Position numbers and translations under genes: made by a program
DNA from: Deltaproteobacteria bacterium
GTDB lineage: Bacteria; Desulfobacterota_D; UBA1144; Nemesobacterales; UBA2774
NCBI GenBank assembly: GCA_040223695.1
Contig: JAVKFU010000012.1
Span: 41-64,040 of the forward strand
DNA length: 64,000 bases
Direction: 5' to 3'
Shown: positions 38,880 through 50,288 of the stretch, piece after piece
Numbering within the stretch: the stretch's first letter is position 1
Layout of the letters: each line of letters begins with the position of its first letter
The notes under the pieces: model-generated
Databases searched by the model: none
What the model saw: only the letters and a program-made list of their open reading frames with translations
Told to the model about the DNA's origin: nothing

Positions 38880-39743
38880 TCAATAATCGTAGAAGCCCTT
38901 CCCGGATTTCCTTCCAAGCCAGCCGGCGCGGACCATTTGACGCAGAAGCGGCGCGGCGCGGTATTTCGAGTCCTGAAACTCTTTATAAAACACGTCCATT
39001 ACGTCGATGGTGACGTCGAGTCCGATAAGGTCAATCAGCGCCAGAGGACCTATGGGCTGGTTTGTCCCGAGCTTCATGGCTTTGTCTATATCCTCCGGAG
39101 TTCCGACCCCGTCCTGATATGCGAACACAGCTTCGTTCAGCATGGGTATTAAAATCCTGTTCACTATAAAACCTGGCACGTCCTTGGTCCTGACGGGCTC
39201 CTTGCCGAGAGCGGTTGCAAAATCGTAAGCGAACTGCGCGGTTTCCTCCGAAGTGGTGAGCGCTTTTATGATCTCCACAAGCTTCATTACCGGGGCGGGA
39301 TTAAAAAAGTGCATGCCCACTATCTTGTCAGCCCTGCCCGTGTTCACAGCAATCTCCACGATAGGAAGCGACGACGTGTTTGTAGCGAGAACGACATCGG
39401 GCGCCGTAGCCTCATCAAGCTTCTTGTATATATCCTTTTTTACTTTCATGTCCTCAAAGACTGCCTCAATTACCAGGTCTACGTCTTTTAAATCCTCAAA
39501 TTTCGTCGTGGTTTTCACCCTTGATAGTACGGACTTGCTGTCTTCCTCGCTTATGGTCTCTTTTTTAACGAGCCTTCCGAGACTTTTTTCAATTCCCTTT
39601 ATACCCCTTTCCAAAGCCGCATCCGAAACATCTATAAGAACAACTTCCCTTTCGCTCGAAGCCACAACCTGAGCAATTCCCGACCCCATAGTGCCTGCTC
39701 CTACAACTCCGACCTTCTTGACATCCTCTACCTTTCTGGACAT
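38880..39743 (-). CDS. hbd: 3-hydroxybutyryl-CoA / 3-hydroxyacyl-CoA dehydrogenase
   Basis: Rossmann fold VGVVGAGTMGSGIAQV plus HFFNPAPVM. Start set at MSRKVED, with an AAGGAGG RBS. The ORF extends upstream to 39797. Confidence 0.85.
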   Translation of the reverse strand: MSRKVEDVKKVGVVGAGTMGSGIAQVVASSEREVVLIDVSDAALERGIKGIEKSLGRLVKKETISEEDSKSVLSRVKTTTKFEDLKDVDLVIEAVFEDMKVKKDIYKKLDEATAPDVVLATNTSSLPIVEIAVNTGRADKIVGMHFFNPAPVMKLVEIIKALTTSEETAQFAYDFATALGKEPVRTKDVPGFIVNRILIPMLNEAVFAYQDGVGTPEDIDKAMKLGTNQPIGPLALIDLIGLDVTIDVMDVFYKEFQDSKYRAAPLLRQMVRAGWLGRKSGKGFYDY

Positions 39744-39886
39744 GTCTTCCTCCTTTTCTTTTCGCACTTGCGAAGTTTGAGGACTTATTATACCCAAATC
39801 ACGATTTTATCAAGCCCGCGATTACAGGACTTACAGACCGCATTATCCGCATCAATGATTTGAAACCCAAATCTAAAAGAATTAAA

Positions 39887-40498
39887 ATGAGTCCGATGAG
39901 GATTATAGGACTAACCGGAAATATAGCCTGCGGTAAAAGCACTGTCGCCCGTATGCTCAAAGGCCTTGGCGCCCGCGTAATAGACGCGGACGAAATAGCC
40001 CGCTCGGTCGTGGAGCCGGGGGAACGCGCCTGGGGTGATATTGTAGAAAAATTCGGGGAAGAAGTCCTCAACGATGACAGAACGCTAAACAGGGAGAAGC
40101 TGGGAGAAATCATATTCAACGACGACGCAAAGAGAAATTTGCTCAACGAGATTACTCACCCCAGAATAATCGGAAGGATCAGAGAGCTTGTCAAGTCCTA
40201 CGGTAGAGAAAACGCCCCGGTAGTCATAATCGAGGCCGCGCTCATCGTTGAAAAAGGCGGCATGAAAGACCTCATCGACAAGCTGATCGTTGTAACTTCC
40301 GACGAAAAGTCCCAGATGGAGAGACTTACCGCGCGAAACGGATATTCCAGAGAGGAAGCGCTATCCAGGATAAAAGCTCAGATGCCTCTCTCCGATAAGG
40401 TAAAGCACGCAGACTATGTGATAGAGAACTCGGCCACCCTGGAGAATCTGCGGATTCAGGTGGAATCCCTTTGGGAAAGGATAAACGCCGAAGACTAG
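39887..40498 (+). CDS. coaE: Dephospho-CoA kinase
   Basis: IGLTGNIACGKST P-loop. The ORF track start at 39860 is also possible. Confidence 0.85.
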   Translation: MSPMRIIGLTGNIACGKSTVARMLKGLGARVIDADEIARSVVEPGERAWGDIVEKFGEEVLNDDRTLNREKLGEIIFNDDAKRNLLNEITHPRIIGRIRELVKSYGRENAPVVIIEAALIVEKGGMKDLIDKLIVVTSDEKSQMERLTARNGYSREEALSRIKAQMPLSDKVKHADYVIENSATLENLRIQVESLWERINAED

Positions 40499-40678
40499 AC
40501 ACTCAGTATTGCCTGTCAAACTCGAAGTCTCCCGGCAACTCTTTTTGCAAACCAATTATAACAAATCTTAATAATCGGCGGGTAATTCAGTCTATGCGGC
40601 CCCGGCTCACCTGACTTGCATAATATATATTTACATAGTAGATTTTTGGATTCTCAAGAACCTTCAAAGGAGCTTATA

Positions 40679-42223
40679 ATGAAGGATAAAATAGCAGTTT
40701 TGGAACAAAAGGAAAAGGAGGCCGAGGCAGGGGGTGGTGAAGCAAGGGTAAAGAAGCAGCATGAAACCGGAAAACTCACAGCCCGAGAAAGAATAGACCT
40801 TCTTCTCGACAAAAACACATTTGTCGAGCTTGATAAGTTCGTAGTTCACAGATGCACCGACTTCGGCATGGAGAATAAAAAATTCCTGGGAGACGGGGTA
40901 GTCACCGGGTACGGGAAAGTGGAGGGACGTCAGGTGTTCGTCTACGCCCAGGACTTCACGGTTTTCGGCGGTTCACTCGGGATGGTGCACGGAAAGAAAA
41001 TATGCAAGGTTATGGACCTTGCGATGCAGGTGGGCGCTCCGATAATCGGCCTTAATGATTCCGGAGGAGCAAGGATACAGGAGGGTGTTGAGAGTCTCGG
41101 CGGATACGGGGAAATATTTTGCAGAAACGTACTCGCTTCAGGGGTTGTCCCTCAAATATCTGCGATTATGGGTCCCTGCGCCGGAGGAGCTGTCTATTCT
41201 CCCGCGATAACCGATTTTACTATAATGGTTGAAAATACGAGCTATATGTTTATAACCGGTCCCGACGTGATAAAAGCCGTAACCCATGAAGAGGTGAACT
41301 CGGAGGAGCTGGGCGGCGCTATGGTTCATAACTCCAAGAGCGGTGTCGCCCATTTTGCCGTCGAGGACGACAAGGAATGCATATTACTGATCAAGGAGCT
41401 ACTGAGTTTTCTGCCGTCAAACAACATGGAAGACCCGCCTAAATCAAGCACAGATGACCCGTCGGACAGAAGAGCTTCTTCACTGAGGGCGATAGTGCCG
41501 GAGAACCCCAATAAACCCTACGATATCAAGGATGTGATTTGCGAGGTTGTCGACGGAGGATACTTCTTTGAGGTTCAGGAGCACTACGCGCAGAACATCG
41601 TCATAGGTTTTGCCAGAATGGGGGGACGCGTAATAGGAATAGTAGGTAACCAGCCAAATGTCCTCGCGGGCTGTCTCGACATAGACGCTTCGGTGAAGGG
41701 CGGCAGATTCGTCAGATTCTGCGACTGCTTCAATATACCTATCCTGACCTTTGAGGACGTGCCCGGATTCCTGCCCGGCACTTCACAGGAGTGGGGAGGA
41801 ATCATCAAGCACGGCGCTAAGCTGTTATATGCCTACAGTGAGGCCACAGTTCCGAGAGTGACTGTTATAACGAGGAAAGCCTACGGAGGCGCCTACGATG
41901 TTATGTCGTCCAGGCATGTGAGGGGTGACATCATAATGGCATACCCTACGGCGGAAATCGCCGTTATGGGATCGGACGGAGCCGTCAATATTATCTCCCG
42001 GGCGCAGATTCAGCAATCAGATGACCCCGAGGCCAAAAGGGCCAAACTGATCGAAGAGTACAAAGAAAGGTTTGCCAACCCCTACAGGGCGGCGGATCTC
42101 GGATTCGTGGATGAGGTAATCAGACCCGAAGATACGAGACCGCGCGTAATCTCCGCCTTTGAAATGCTGGACGGGAAAAGACAGACGAACCCGCCCAAAA
42201 AACACGGGAACATACCACTTTAA
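40679..42223 (+). CDS. Acyl-CoA carboxylase carboxyltransferase subunit (propionyl-CoA carboxylase beta / methylmalonyl-CoA carboxyltransferase family)
   Basis: Carboxyltransferase N and C domains ([30 protein letters not shown]). AAAGGAG RBS 7 nt upstream of ATG 40679. Confidence 0.85.
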   Translation: MKDKIAVLEQKEKEAEAGGGEARVKKQHETGKLTARERIDLLLDKNTFVELDKFVVHRCTDFGMENKKFLGDGVVTGYGKVEGRQVFVYAQDFTVFGGSLGMVHGKKICKVMDLAMQVGAPIIGLNDSGGARIQEGVESLGGYGEIFCRNVLASGVVPQISAIMGPCAGGAVYSPAITDFTIMVENTSYMFITGPDVIKAVTHEEVNSEELGGAMVHNSKSGVAHFAVEDDKECILLIKELLSFLPSNNMEDPPKSSTDDPSDRRASSLRAIVPENPNKPYDIKDVICEVVDGGYFFEVQEHYAQNIVIGFARMGGRVIGIVGNQPNVLAGCLDIDASVKGGRFVRFCDCFNIPILTFEDVPGFLPGTSQEWGGIIKHGAKLLYAYSEATVPRVTVITRKAYGGAYDVMSSRHVRGDIIMAYPTAEIAVMGSDGAVNIISRAQIQQSDDPEAKRAKLIEEYKERFANPYRAADLGFVDEVIRPEDTRPRVISAFEMLDGKRQTNPPKKHGNIPL

Positions 42224-42241
42224 TACCGAAGGAATTATAAA

Positions 42242-43735
42242 ATGTTCAATAAAATTCTTATAGCCAACCGAGGGGAAATAGCGGTAAGAATCATAAGGGC
42301 CTGCAGGGAACTGGGCGTGAAAACCGTAGCTGTGTACTCTGATGCGGATCGCCGCTCACTCCATGTAGCGCTGGCGGATGAGGCCTATCACATCGGGGGT
42401 TCCGCCCCCGGAGAGAGCTATCTCGTAAAAGAGAAAATACTGGAAGTTGCAAAAAACTCAGGAGCCGAAGCGATACATCCCGGATTCGGGTTTCTCTCCG
42501 AAAATGAAGCCTTTGCGGATATGTGCGAGAAGGCGGGGATCGTATTTATCGGCCCCTCCTCCGAAGCAATACGCTTAATGGGAGATAAAATCACGGCCCG
42601 GAAGATCGCACAGGATTCCAAAGTCCCCCTCGTACCGGGATCGGAAGGCGCTGTCAGCGATGTCGAAGCTTCGGTTATAGCCGAGGAAATAGGATATCCG
42701 GTAATGATTAAAGCCTCGGCGGGCGGGGGCGGAAAAGGCATGAGGCTCGTCAGGAACAAAGAGGATTTTGCAAGCTCACTCCGCATGGCCAGAAGCGAAG
42801 CCCGCTCCGCGTTCGGCGATGAATCGGTTTTTGTGGAAAGATTTATAGAACAACCGAGGCATGTAGAAATTCAGATCATAGCGGACTCCAAAGGCAATAC
42901 CCTTCATCTCTTCGAGCGCGAATGCTCGATACAGAGACGTCATCAAAAAGTAATAGAAGAAGCGCCCTCTTCCGCAATCAGCGCGAGAACGAGAAAGAAA
43001 ATGGGTGACGTCGCAATAAAAATAGCAAAGGCGGTAAAGTACAGAGGCGCGGGCACTGTAGAATTCATAATGGACCAGAATCAGAATTTTTACTTCCTGG
43101 AGATGAACACTCGTGTGCAGGTCGAGCACCCGGTTACCGAAATGATAACCGGCTTCGATATTGTAAAATGGATGATACGAATTGCAGCCGGTGAGGAACT
43201 CCCATTTAAGCAAAAGGACATAGTGATGAAAGGCCATGCCCTTGAGTGCAGGGTCTATGCGGAGGACCCGGAGATGAATTTCCTTCCTTCCCCCGGCGTA
43301 ATAAAATACGTAAAAGCCCCAAGCGGTCCGGGCATAAGGGATGATTCCGCGATTTACTCCGGGTGTGAGATAACCTCATTCTATGATCCGATGCTTTCGA
43401 AACTCGTTGTGTGGGCCGACACCCGGGAGGCCGCGATACATAAAATGGCATCGGCTTTGAAGGAATATATCGTGCTCGGCGTGAGAACCAACATAGGATT
43501 TCTGAGGCGCGTAATGTCCGACAAGGAGTTTCAGCAGGGAAAAATCGACACCGGTTTTATCGAGCGTCACCCTGAGCTTCTAAAGCCCGGAACGGTTGAG
43601 ATCGAACCCGCGTTGATAGCCGCGGCACTGGCAATGAATAGCTCCGGAAACTCCGAACAGGCAGCTCAAAAGCCTGTATCCAACTGGAAATCATTCAGCA
43701 GAAGATTAGGCGTATCCAGGAGTCCGCTCGCATGA
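42242..43735 (+). CDS. accC: Biotin carboxylase subunit
   Basis: MFNKILIANRGEIAVRIIRACRELG and ATP-grasp motifs. Confidence 0.9.
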   Translation: MFNKILIANRGEIAVRIIRACRELGVKTVAVYSDADRRSLHVALADEAYHIGGSAPGESYLVKEKILEVAKNSGAEAIHPGFGFLSENEAFADMCEKAGIVFIGPSSEAIRLMGDKITARKIAQDSKVPLVPGSEGAVSDVEASVIAEEIGYPVMIKASAGGGGKGMRLVRNKEDFASSLRMARSEARSAFGDESVFVERFIEQPRHVEIQIIADSKGNTLHLFERECSIQRRHQKVIEEAPSSAISARTRKKMGDVAIKIAKAVKYRGAGTVEFIMDQNQNFYFLEMNTRVQVEHPVTEMITGFDIVKWMIRIAAGEELPFKQKDIVMKGHALECRVYAEDPEMNFLPSPGVIKYVKAPSGPGIRDDSAIYSGCEITSFYDPMLSKLVVWADTREAAIHKMASALKEYIVLGVRTNIGFLRRVMSDKEFQQGKIDTGFIERHPELLKPGTVEIEPALIAAALAMNSSGNSEQAAQKPVSNWKSFSRRLGVSRSPLA

Positions 43736-44235
43736 CATATACATTCAAGATTCAGGACCAAATCTACAGAATAAACCTGGAAGAGGATGAAAACCAGATT
43801 CAGGTTGAAATTGACGGTGAAATAATTCCGGTCGAGTTCGAAAAAATAGAGGAGAACCTTTTCTCTATAATATTAAACGGAGAATCTCGAAGCATCGGGG
43901 TCTTTAAGAAAGGCAACAAAGTTCAGGTTTTCCTCGACGGCGACCTCTACGAGCTCGAATCGATTTCGGAAAGGGAGCAGCGAAAAGCTCATCACATAAC
44001 AAGCGGGGTCCAGGAAATAAAGTCCCCCATGCCGAGCAGAGTTGTTAAGATCCTGAAGGGTGAAGGGGACGCAGTGGAAGCGGATGAGGGTATGATAGTC
44101 GTAGAGGCGATGAAGATGGAAAGCGAGTTAAAATCTCCAATCGAAGGTACGGTAAAAACCCTAATGGTTAAAGAAGGGGACGCGGTGGAAGCGGGGACGG
44201 TTCTTCTTGTGGTATCCTCCGAGGAACAGAGCTGA
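43732..44235 (+). CDS. Biotin carboxyl carrier protein (biotin/lipoyl attachment domain)
   Basis: EAMKME biotinyl-lysine motif. Overlaps the accC stop by 4 nt. Confidence 0.85.
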   Translation: MTYTFKIQDQIYRINLEEDENQIQVEIDGEIIPVEFEKIEENLFSIILNGESRSIGVFKKGNKVQVFLDGDLYELESISEREQRKAHHITSGVQEIKSPMPSRVVKILKGEGDAVEADEGMIVVEAMKMESELKSPIEGTVKTLMVKEGDAVEAGTVLLVVSSEEQS

Positions 44236-44304
44236 TTTTCTCCTCGATGCAATTCACCCCCAGTACGCGACAGATATACGTGATACCACCAGCCGATTAA
44301 TAGG

Positions 44305-45159
44305 CTAATACGGGCTATCAAATTTGATGACCTCTTCCGTTAAGGCCCCGAATTCCTCGACGCTTAAAGTCTCCGCCCGTCTAGACTTATCTATCCCGGA
44401 AGACTGAAGAACACTCTCGACAATCTCCTTTGACAGTATTGAGCGAAGGGAATTTCCCAGCATCTTTCTCCTTGACGAAAATGCGGCGCGAACCACCTTT
44501 TCATAAAGCTTGTCGTCGGAAACAGGCACTCTCGGCGCGGGAAGCGGAATTAACTTCAGCACAACGGAATCGACTTTGGGTTTTGGCCAGAAAGCCGAAG
44601 GTGAAACTCTGAATTCGAGATTTACATCCATATAGGTCTGGAGAAGAACCGAGATAGAGCCGTATAGCTTGCCTCCGGGTTTTGCCGTAATCCGCTCACC
44701 GACCTCACGCTGGAGCATCAATATAAAACATGAAAATATGTCACGATCCTCGAGAAGCTTAAAAAGAACGGGGGAGGATATGCTGTACGGGAGATTTGAA
44801 ATCACCTTCATCTTACGCCCTCTGTAGAAATCCCTGAAATCTATCTTGAGACCGTCCCCCGGTATTAGTTCCACATTCCTATATTCACTGCATAACCCGC
44901 TCAAACGGCTTACAAGCCGTTTGTCTTTCTCGATTGCGATAACCTTTCCCGCTTTTCCGGCCAACGCAAACGTAAGCGCCCCCAGCCCGGGCCCTATCTC
45001 GATAACCCGGTCTTCTTCCGACAGCTCCGCGGTCTCGACTATGCGCTCGATTACCCTCAGGTCTTTAATAAAATTCTGTCCCAGCCTTTTACTCGGATAA
45101 GCTTTTTCATTAAAGAAAAATTCTCTGGGATTAAATTCTTTTTTGGATTTGCTTGTCAT
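44305..45159 (-). CDS. rsmA: 16S rRNA (adenine1518/1519-N6)-dimethyltransferase
   Basis: LGQNFI and IEIGPGLGALT SAM-binding motifs. Confidence 0.9.
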   Translation of the reverse strand: MTSKSKKEFNPREFFFNEKAYPSKRLGQNFIKDLRVIERIVETAELSEEDRVIEIGPGLGALTFALAGKAGKVIAIEKDKRLVSRLSGLCSEYRNVELIPGDGLKIDFRDFYRGRKMKVISNLPYSISSPVLFKLLEDRDIFSCFILMLQREVGERITAKPGGKLYGSISVLLQTYMDVNLEFRVSPSAFWPKPKVDSVVLKLIPLPAPRVPVSDDKLYEKVVRAAFSSRRKMLGNSLRSILSKEIVESVLQSSGIDKSRRAETLSVEEFGALTEEVIKFDSPY

Positions 45160-45270
45160 TTTATAATCAGGATATCAAGAGGAGATAAGAATTCCGGATT
45201 ATTGCGGAATCACCCTGATTAAAAAAGCTAATCGGGTGGAGGAATTACCCCGTCACATGAACGGCCCGCC

Positions 45271-47406
45271 TCAGGTTCCGAGTTCCTCAAGCGACATGTC
45301 GTCGTAATGCGTTATTTTATTCTTTCCCTCACGCTTTGATTCGTAAAGAGCGCGGTCGGCCTTTTCAATCAAAGCGCTTTTCTCGGTCGCACTCTGAGGG
45401 TAAGTCGAAATACCCATACTCAAAGAAATCTCTATTAACTCACCATCTGACTTGAAAGGGATACCTTTTAATTTGTTTCGTATTTTTTGAGCCGCTGCTA
45501 TTGAGCCGTCCTTATTCGTGCTGGGAAGAACTACTGCGAACTCATCCCCGCCGTACCTGGAGGGTATATCGACTTTCCTCAGCGATTCGCTCAATAATTT
45601 GCCTATAGAGGATATTACCGCGTCTCCCGCCTGATGGCCGTATGTATCGTTAATAACCTTTAAATCGTCTACATCAACAAGAATAAGGGAGGCCTGCTCT
45701 GAAAACCTTTCGGCATGGGCTATTGAGTAGGAGAGCATCTCCTGGAAATGCCTGTGATTATAAAGGCCGGTTAGCCCGTCCCTGATTGCAAGCTCTTTTA
45801 CCTTTTGGAAATTAAGCGAGGCGGTTATCGATTTTGCGGATTCGTGACAAATAATCTTAGCAAGGCTCACCTCTCCTTCATTGAAAGGATTCTTGGTTTT
45901 TCTGCCCATGACCACGCACCCGAACACCTCGTGCTCTTCCTCGTCAACATCGGGAAAAGTTTCGTACAAAGGATGAATCAAGATCGATTTTATATTTTTA
46001 ATGCCCAGCGCAAAATCAACTTCCTTTCCGAACACGCTCCTGTACTTAGCCCTGGTGGTAAGATCTTCGAAGTGAAAATATTTGCCGCTTTCGGATACAA
46101 GCCCCGTCAGGCTATCCTCGTGTGAAATTTCCTTATCCTCCAGATGCTCTTTGATGCCTCCGCTCACTCTCTTCAGATAGCTGAACTCCTTTTCCCTGTC
46201 CATGAGGGAAATACCCACAAAATCGGCCTCGAACAATCTTTCCAGCGTATCCAGTATATGATCAAGTATTAACTCTATGTCGCCCGTGGAATTAAGCTTC
46301 TGTGTAAACTCGTAAAACGAGTGAAGCTCCTGTGAACTCAAATTTACCTTTTCGGAGAGCTGGAATCTGTCTATAATTTCGACTATCCTGTCGGATATGA
46401 GTGAAACTATCAGCTTCTCCCTCTCACCGAAAGCGTCCCTTTCGAGACTGTCCACAACCATCATGCCGAATACGCTCTGCTCGTCTTCCGGTAATTTCTT
46501 CTCCCCCTTGAGAAACAGGGGGGTCGCCAGTAATGACTTTACAGGCACATGCTTATTGTAGTACACGAGGTTTTTCCTTACATTCTTAATACTGGTTATC
46601 AAAACCTGGGTTTTGGTCTTGAGAACCCATCCGAGATAACCGCCCCGGAAACTAAGCCTCTGGCCCCTGTCAATAAAATCCCTGCTCTCGGATATGAAAT
46701 CGGTTATCGCATAGAGTCCGTCATCCATCTTCATGTAAAGAACGATGCTGTGGTTGGGAACAAGCTCGTTCAAAATTTTAAGCGAAGTCCTTATGTCATC
46801 CTTAAGCGCTTTAACATTCTGAGACTCGTCCTTTTCATTGCTTTCGGCATTTCCCGACAATATATTCGGAAGTATTACTTGCTGTACCTTGTTCCTTCGA
46901 AATATATAAGAGCTGAGGCGTTCTTTATTGCCTTTGAGCAAAAATCCGAAAATTCCGGTTGAGAGAATGAGCAGGAAGATCTGAACAGGCAAACCGTCCC
47001 CTCTGTATTGAGTCACCTGCAGAATTGCTACAATGAAAAATGCGACGACGCCCCCGAGCCAGCCGAAGTAAAGGGCCAAAAGCGGGACCATAATGTAAGA
47101 CAGAGGAAAAAGCTCATAGCCGAAAATTTCGACTACTATTTCAAAAATAAGCGTGAACAGGAGAGGGAATTCCAGACTGTCTACTAAAGAGAGGCTCTTC
47201 TGCCCGGCGATCGCGAAATTATATGATTTGTAGAAAACCGTGGACAAAAGAAACAAGAGGGCCAGTACGGAGTAAAAATTAAAAGAGTGAAAACTATTCT
47301 TGTATATAAGTACGAATATCAGTACGGAGAGTAAAAGGACAAAAACCTTGCCGAGTAAATAATTCGAGTACGTAATTTTATTCTTTAAATCTGTAGATTT
47401 TTTCAC
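45271..47406 (-). CDS. Membrane sensor diguanylate cyclase (multi-TM N-terminal domain, GAF, GGDEF)
   Basis: RYGGDEF active site (GG[DE]EF), I-site-like RDGL upstream, and 5-6 N-terminal TM helices. The ORF start overlaps ftsB by 29 nt. Confidence 0.85.
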   Translation of the reverse strand: MKKSTDLKNKITYSNYLLGKVFVLLLSVLIFVLIYKNSFHSFNFYSVLALLFLLSTVFYKSYNFAIAGQKSLSLVDSLEFPLLFTLIFEIVVEIFGYELFPLSYIMVPLLALYFGWLGGVVAFFIVAILQVTQYRGDGLPVQIFLLILSTGIFGFLLKGNKERLSSYIFRRNKVQQVILPNILSGNAESNEKDESQNVKALKDDIRTSLKILNELVPNHSIVLYMKMDDGLYAITDFISESRDFIDRGQRLSFRGGYLGWVLKTKTQVLITSIKNVRKNLVYYNKHVPVKSLLATPLFLKGEKKLPEDEQSVFGMMVVDSLERDAFGEREKLIVSLISDRIVEIIDRFQLSEKVNLSSQELHSFYEFTQKLNSTGDIELILDHILDTLERLFEADFVGISLMDREKEFSYLKRVSGGIKEHLEDKEISHEDSLTGLVSESGKYFHFEDLTTRAKYRSVFGKEVDFALGIKNIKSILIHPLYETFPDVDEEEHEVFGCVVMGRKTKNPFNEGEVSLAKIICHESAKSITASLNFQKVKELAIRDGLTGLYNHRHFQEMLSYSIAHAERFSEQASLILVDVDDLKVINDTYGHQAGDAVISSIGKLLSESLRKVDIPSRYGGDEFAVVLPSTNKDGSIAAAQKIRNKLKGIPFKSDGELIEISLSMGISTYPQSATEKSALIEKADRALYESKREGKNKITHYDDMSLEELGT

Positions 47407-47647
47407 CTGTTTTGATCATCCCGAGCTCTTCTCTTATTACCTTCTCCATATAATTCTTATCGGTTTTTATCAATTCAATTCTTTCCCTTAGCTCTTCGTT
47501 AGCCATTTCCAATTGCTTGCCCTCTAATTTTACTTTTTCATTTTCCTGATGGAGCGCATATACATGGGATATTTCCCTGGCGAAAAGATATACCAGAAAA
47601 GAGACTACCGCCAGTATTAACACAACCCTGATTATTAGCTTTTCCAT
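47378..47647 (-). CDS. ftsB: Septum formation initiator family protein (FtsB/DivIC-like)
   Basis: 89 aa: N-terminal TM helix followed by a coiled coil (KQLEMANEELRERIELIK). Confidence 0.7.
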   Translation of the reverse strand: MEKLIIRVVLILAVVSFLVYLFAREISHVYALHQENEKVKLEGKQLEMANEELRERIELIKTDKNYMEKVIREELGMIKTGEKIYRFKE

Positions 47648-47648
47648 T

Positions 47649-48293
47649 TCACAGAATAATCAAGTCGCCCGCAATAAAAGGATTGGATCTTCTTTCTATT
47701 CCTATCTTGGTCGCGGGTCCGTGGCCCGGGTGTACGTCATACGAGTCAGGCAGGCCCATGAGCTTTGACTTAATAGAGCCCACGAGCTCTCGCATAGAGG
47801 TGCCGCCTGTGAGATCAACCCTTCCTACGCTTCCCGCAAACAGCGTGTCGCCCGAAATAACCTGATCTTCGATAACGAGACAGATGCTTCCCCATGTGTG
47901 CCCGGGCGTATGCAATACCTTTGCTTTCAGGCGGCCAATCTCAATCTCGTCCCCCTCTTCTATAAACCCGTCAATCTCCGGCACCTCAACTTCACCGAAC
48001 ATGGGGAACCTCATTGCGGATTCGGGTAGAGCCTCGAGGACAGGTTCCTCTTCAGGGTGCAGATAAAACCCCACACCAAGGGCTTTCTTGGCCTTTTCGA
48101 CCCCCGCCACGTGATCAATGTGTGTATGTGTATTAACGATTTTGGTAATCTTTAGTCCGGATTTTTCGACCTCGCTTAATATCTCGTCTATCTGCTCGCC
48201 GGGATCAATAAGAATCCCCTCATTAGTATCCTCGTCTCCGATTATATAACAATTGGTAAGAAAAACCCCGCCCGGTATGCATTTAATTATCAT
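47649..48293 (-). CDS. MBL-fold metallo-hydrolase (glyoxalase II-like)
   Basis: HTHIDHVAG zinc-binding motif. Confidence 0.85.
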   Translation of the reverse strand: MIIKCIPGGVFLTNCYIIGDEDTNEGILIDPGEQIDEILSEVEKSGLKITKIVNTHTHIDHVAGVEKAKKALGVGFYLHPEEEPVLEALPESAMRFPMFGEVEVPEIDGFIEEGDEIEIGRLKAKVLHTPGHTWGSICLVIEDQVISGDTLFAGSVGRVDLTGGTSMRELVGSIKSKLMGLPDSYDVHPGHGPATKIGIERRSNPFIAGDLIIL

Positions 48294-48310
48294 TTTTATT
48301 TAACTTCCCC

Positions 48311-48592
48311 TTATATATACTCAATTGTAAATTCGTCAAATTGATCTGAATAAGACCCCCAATTAATTACTACATGATTAACCGTGGAATGCCTCGGGCC
48401 TTGATGACACCAGCCGGTAAACTTTTGGAGATCCGCCCGCTCCCCCTCGGCAATTATCTCGACCGATCCGTCAGAGTTGTTTCTGACCCAGCCTTTGAGT
48501 CCTAGTTCATCTGCCTTGTCTCTTGCGGATGCTCTGAAGAATACGCCCTGAACCTTTCCATGGACTATAAGATGTACTCTCTCTTTAGGCAT
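48311..48592 (-). CDS. acyP: Acylphosphatase
   Basis: VHGKVQGVFFR and GWVRNNSDGSVE signatures. Confidence 0.9.
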   Translation of the reverse strand: MPKERVHLIVHGKVQGVFFRASARDKADELGLKGWVRNNSDGSVEIIAEGERADLQKFTGWCHQGPRHSTVNHVVINWGSYSDQFDEFTIEYI

Positions 48593-48818
48593 ACCACAAG
48601 CTCAGATTACCAAAACGGTGTTTTGCTGTCAACAAAAACGAAGTTAAAAGGTAAAAATCTCCAAAGAGTTAGGAGGTAATCATTAAGCATTCCTTTAAAA
48701 AACACAGTACCTCATTTTTCAAAAATTTACCAGTTAAAAATCATTCAACCGCTTCATCCGACCGGTTTATTAAGACCGCAATTTGGGGTTGCCCGGAACT
48801 CGAAGCCCGAATGTTTGA

Positions 48819-50186
<1,368 letters not shown>

Positions 50187-50288
50187 AGAAAATCCATAAC
50201 CAATAACCGCATAAAAAAGGACTGTGGCAACCTCCTGCCACAGCCCTTAACCTTGATACTGCAATCGTTTCATCAGATAAAGAATTCT

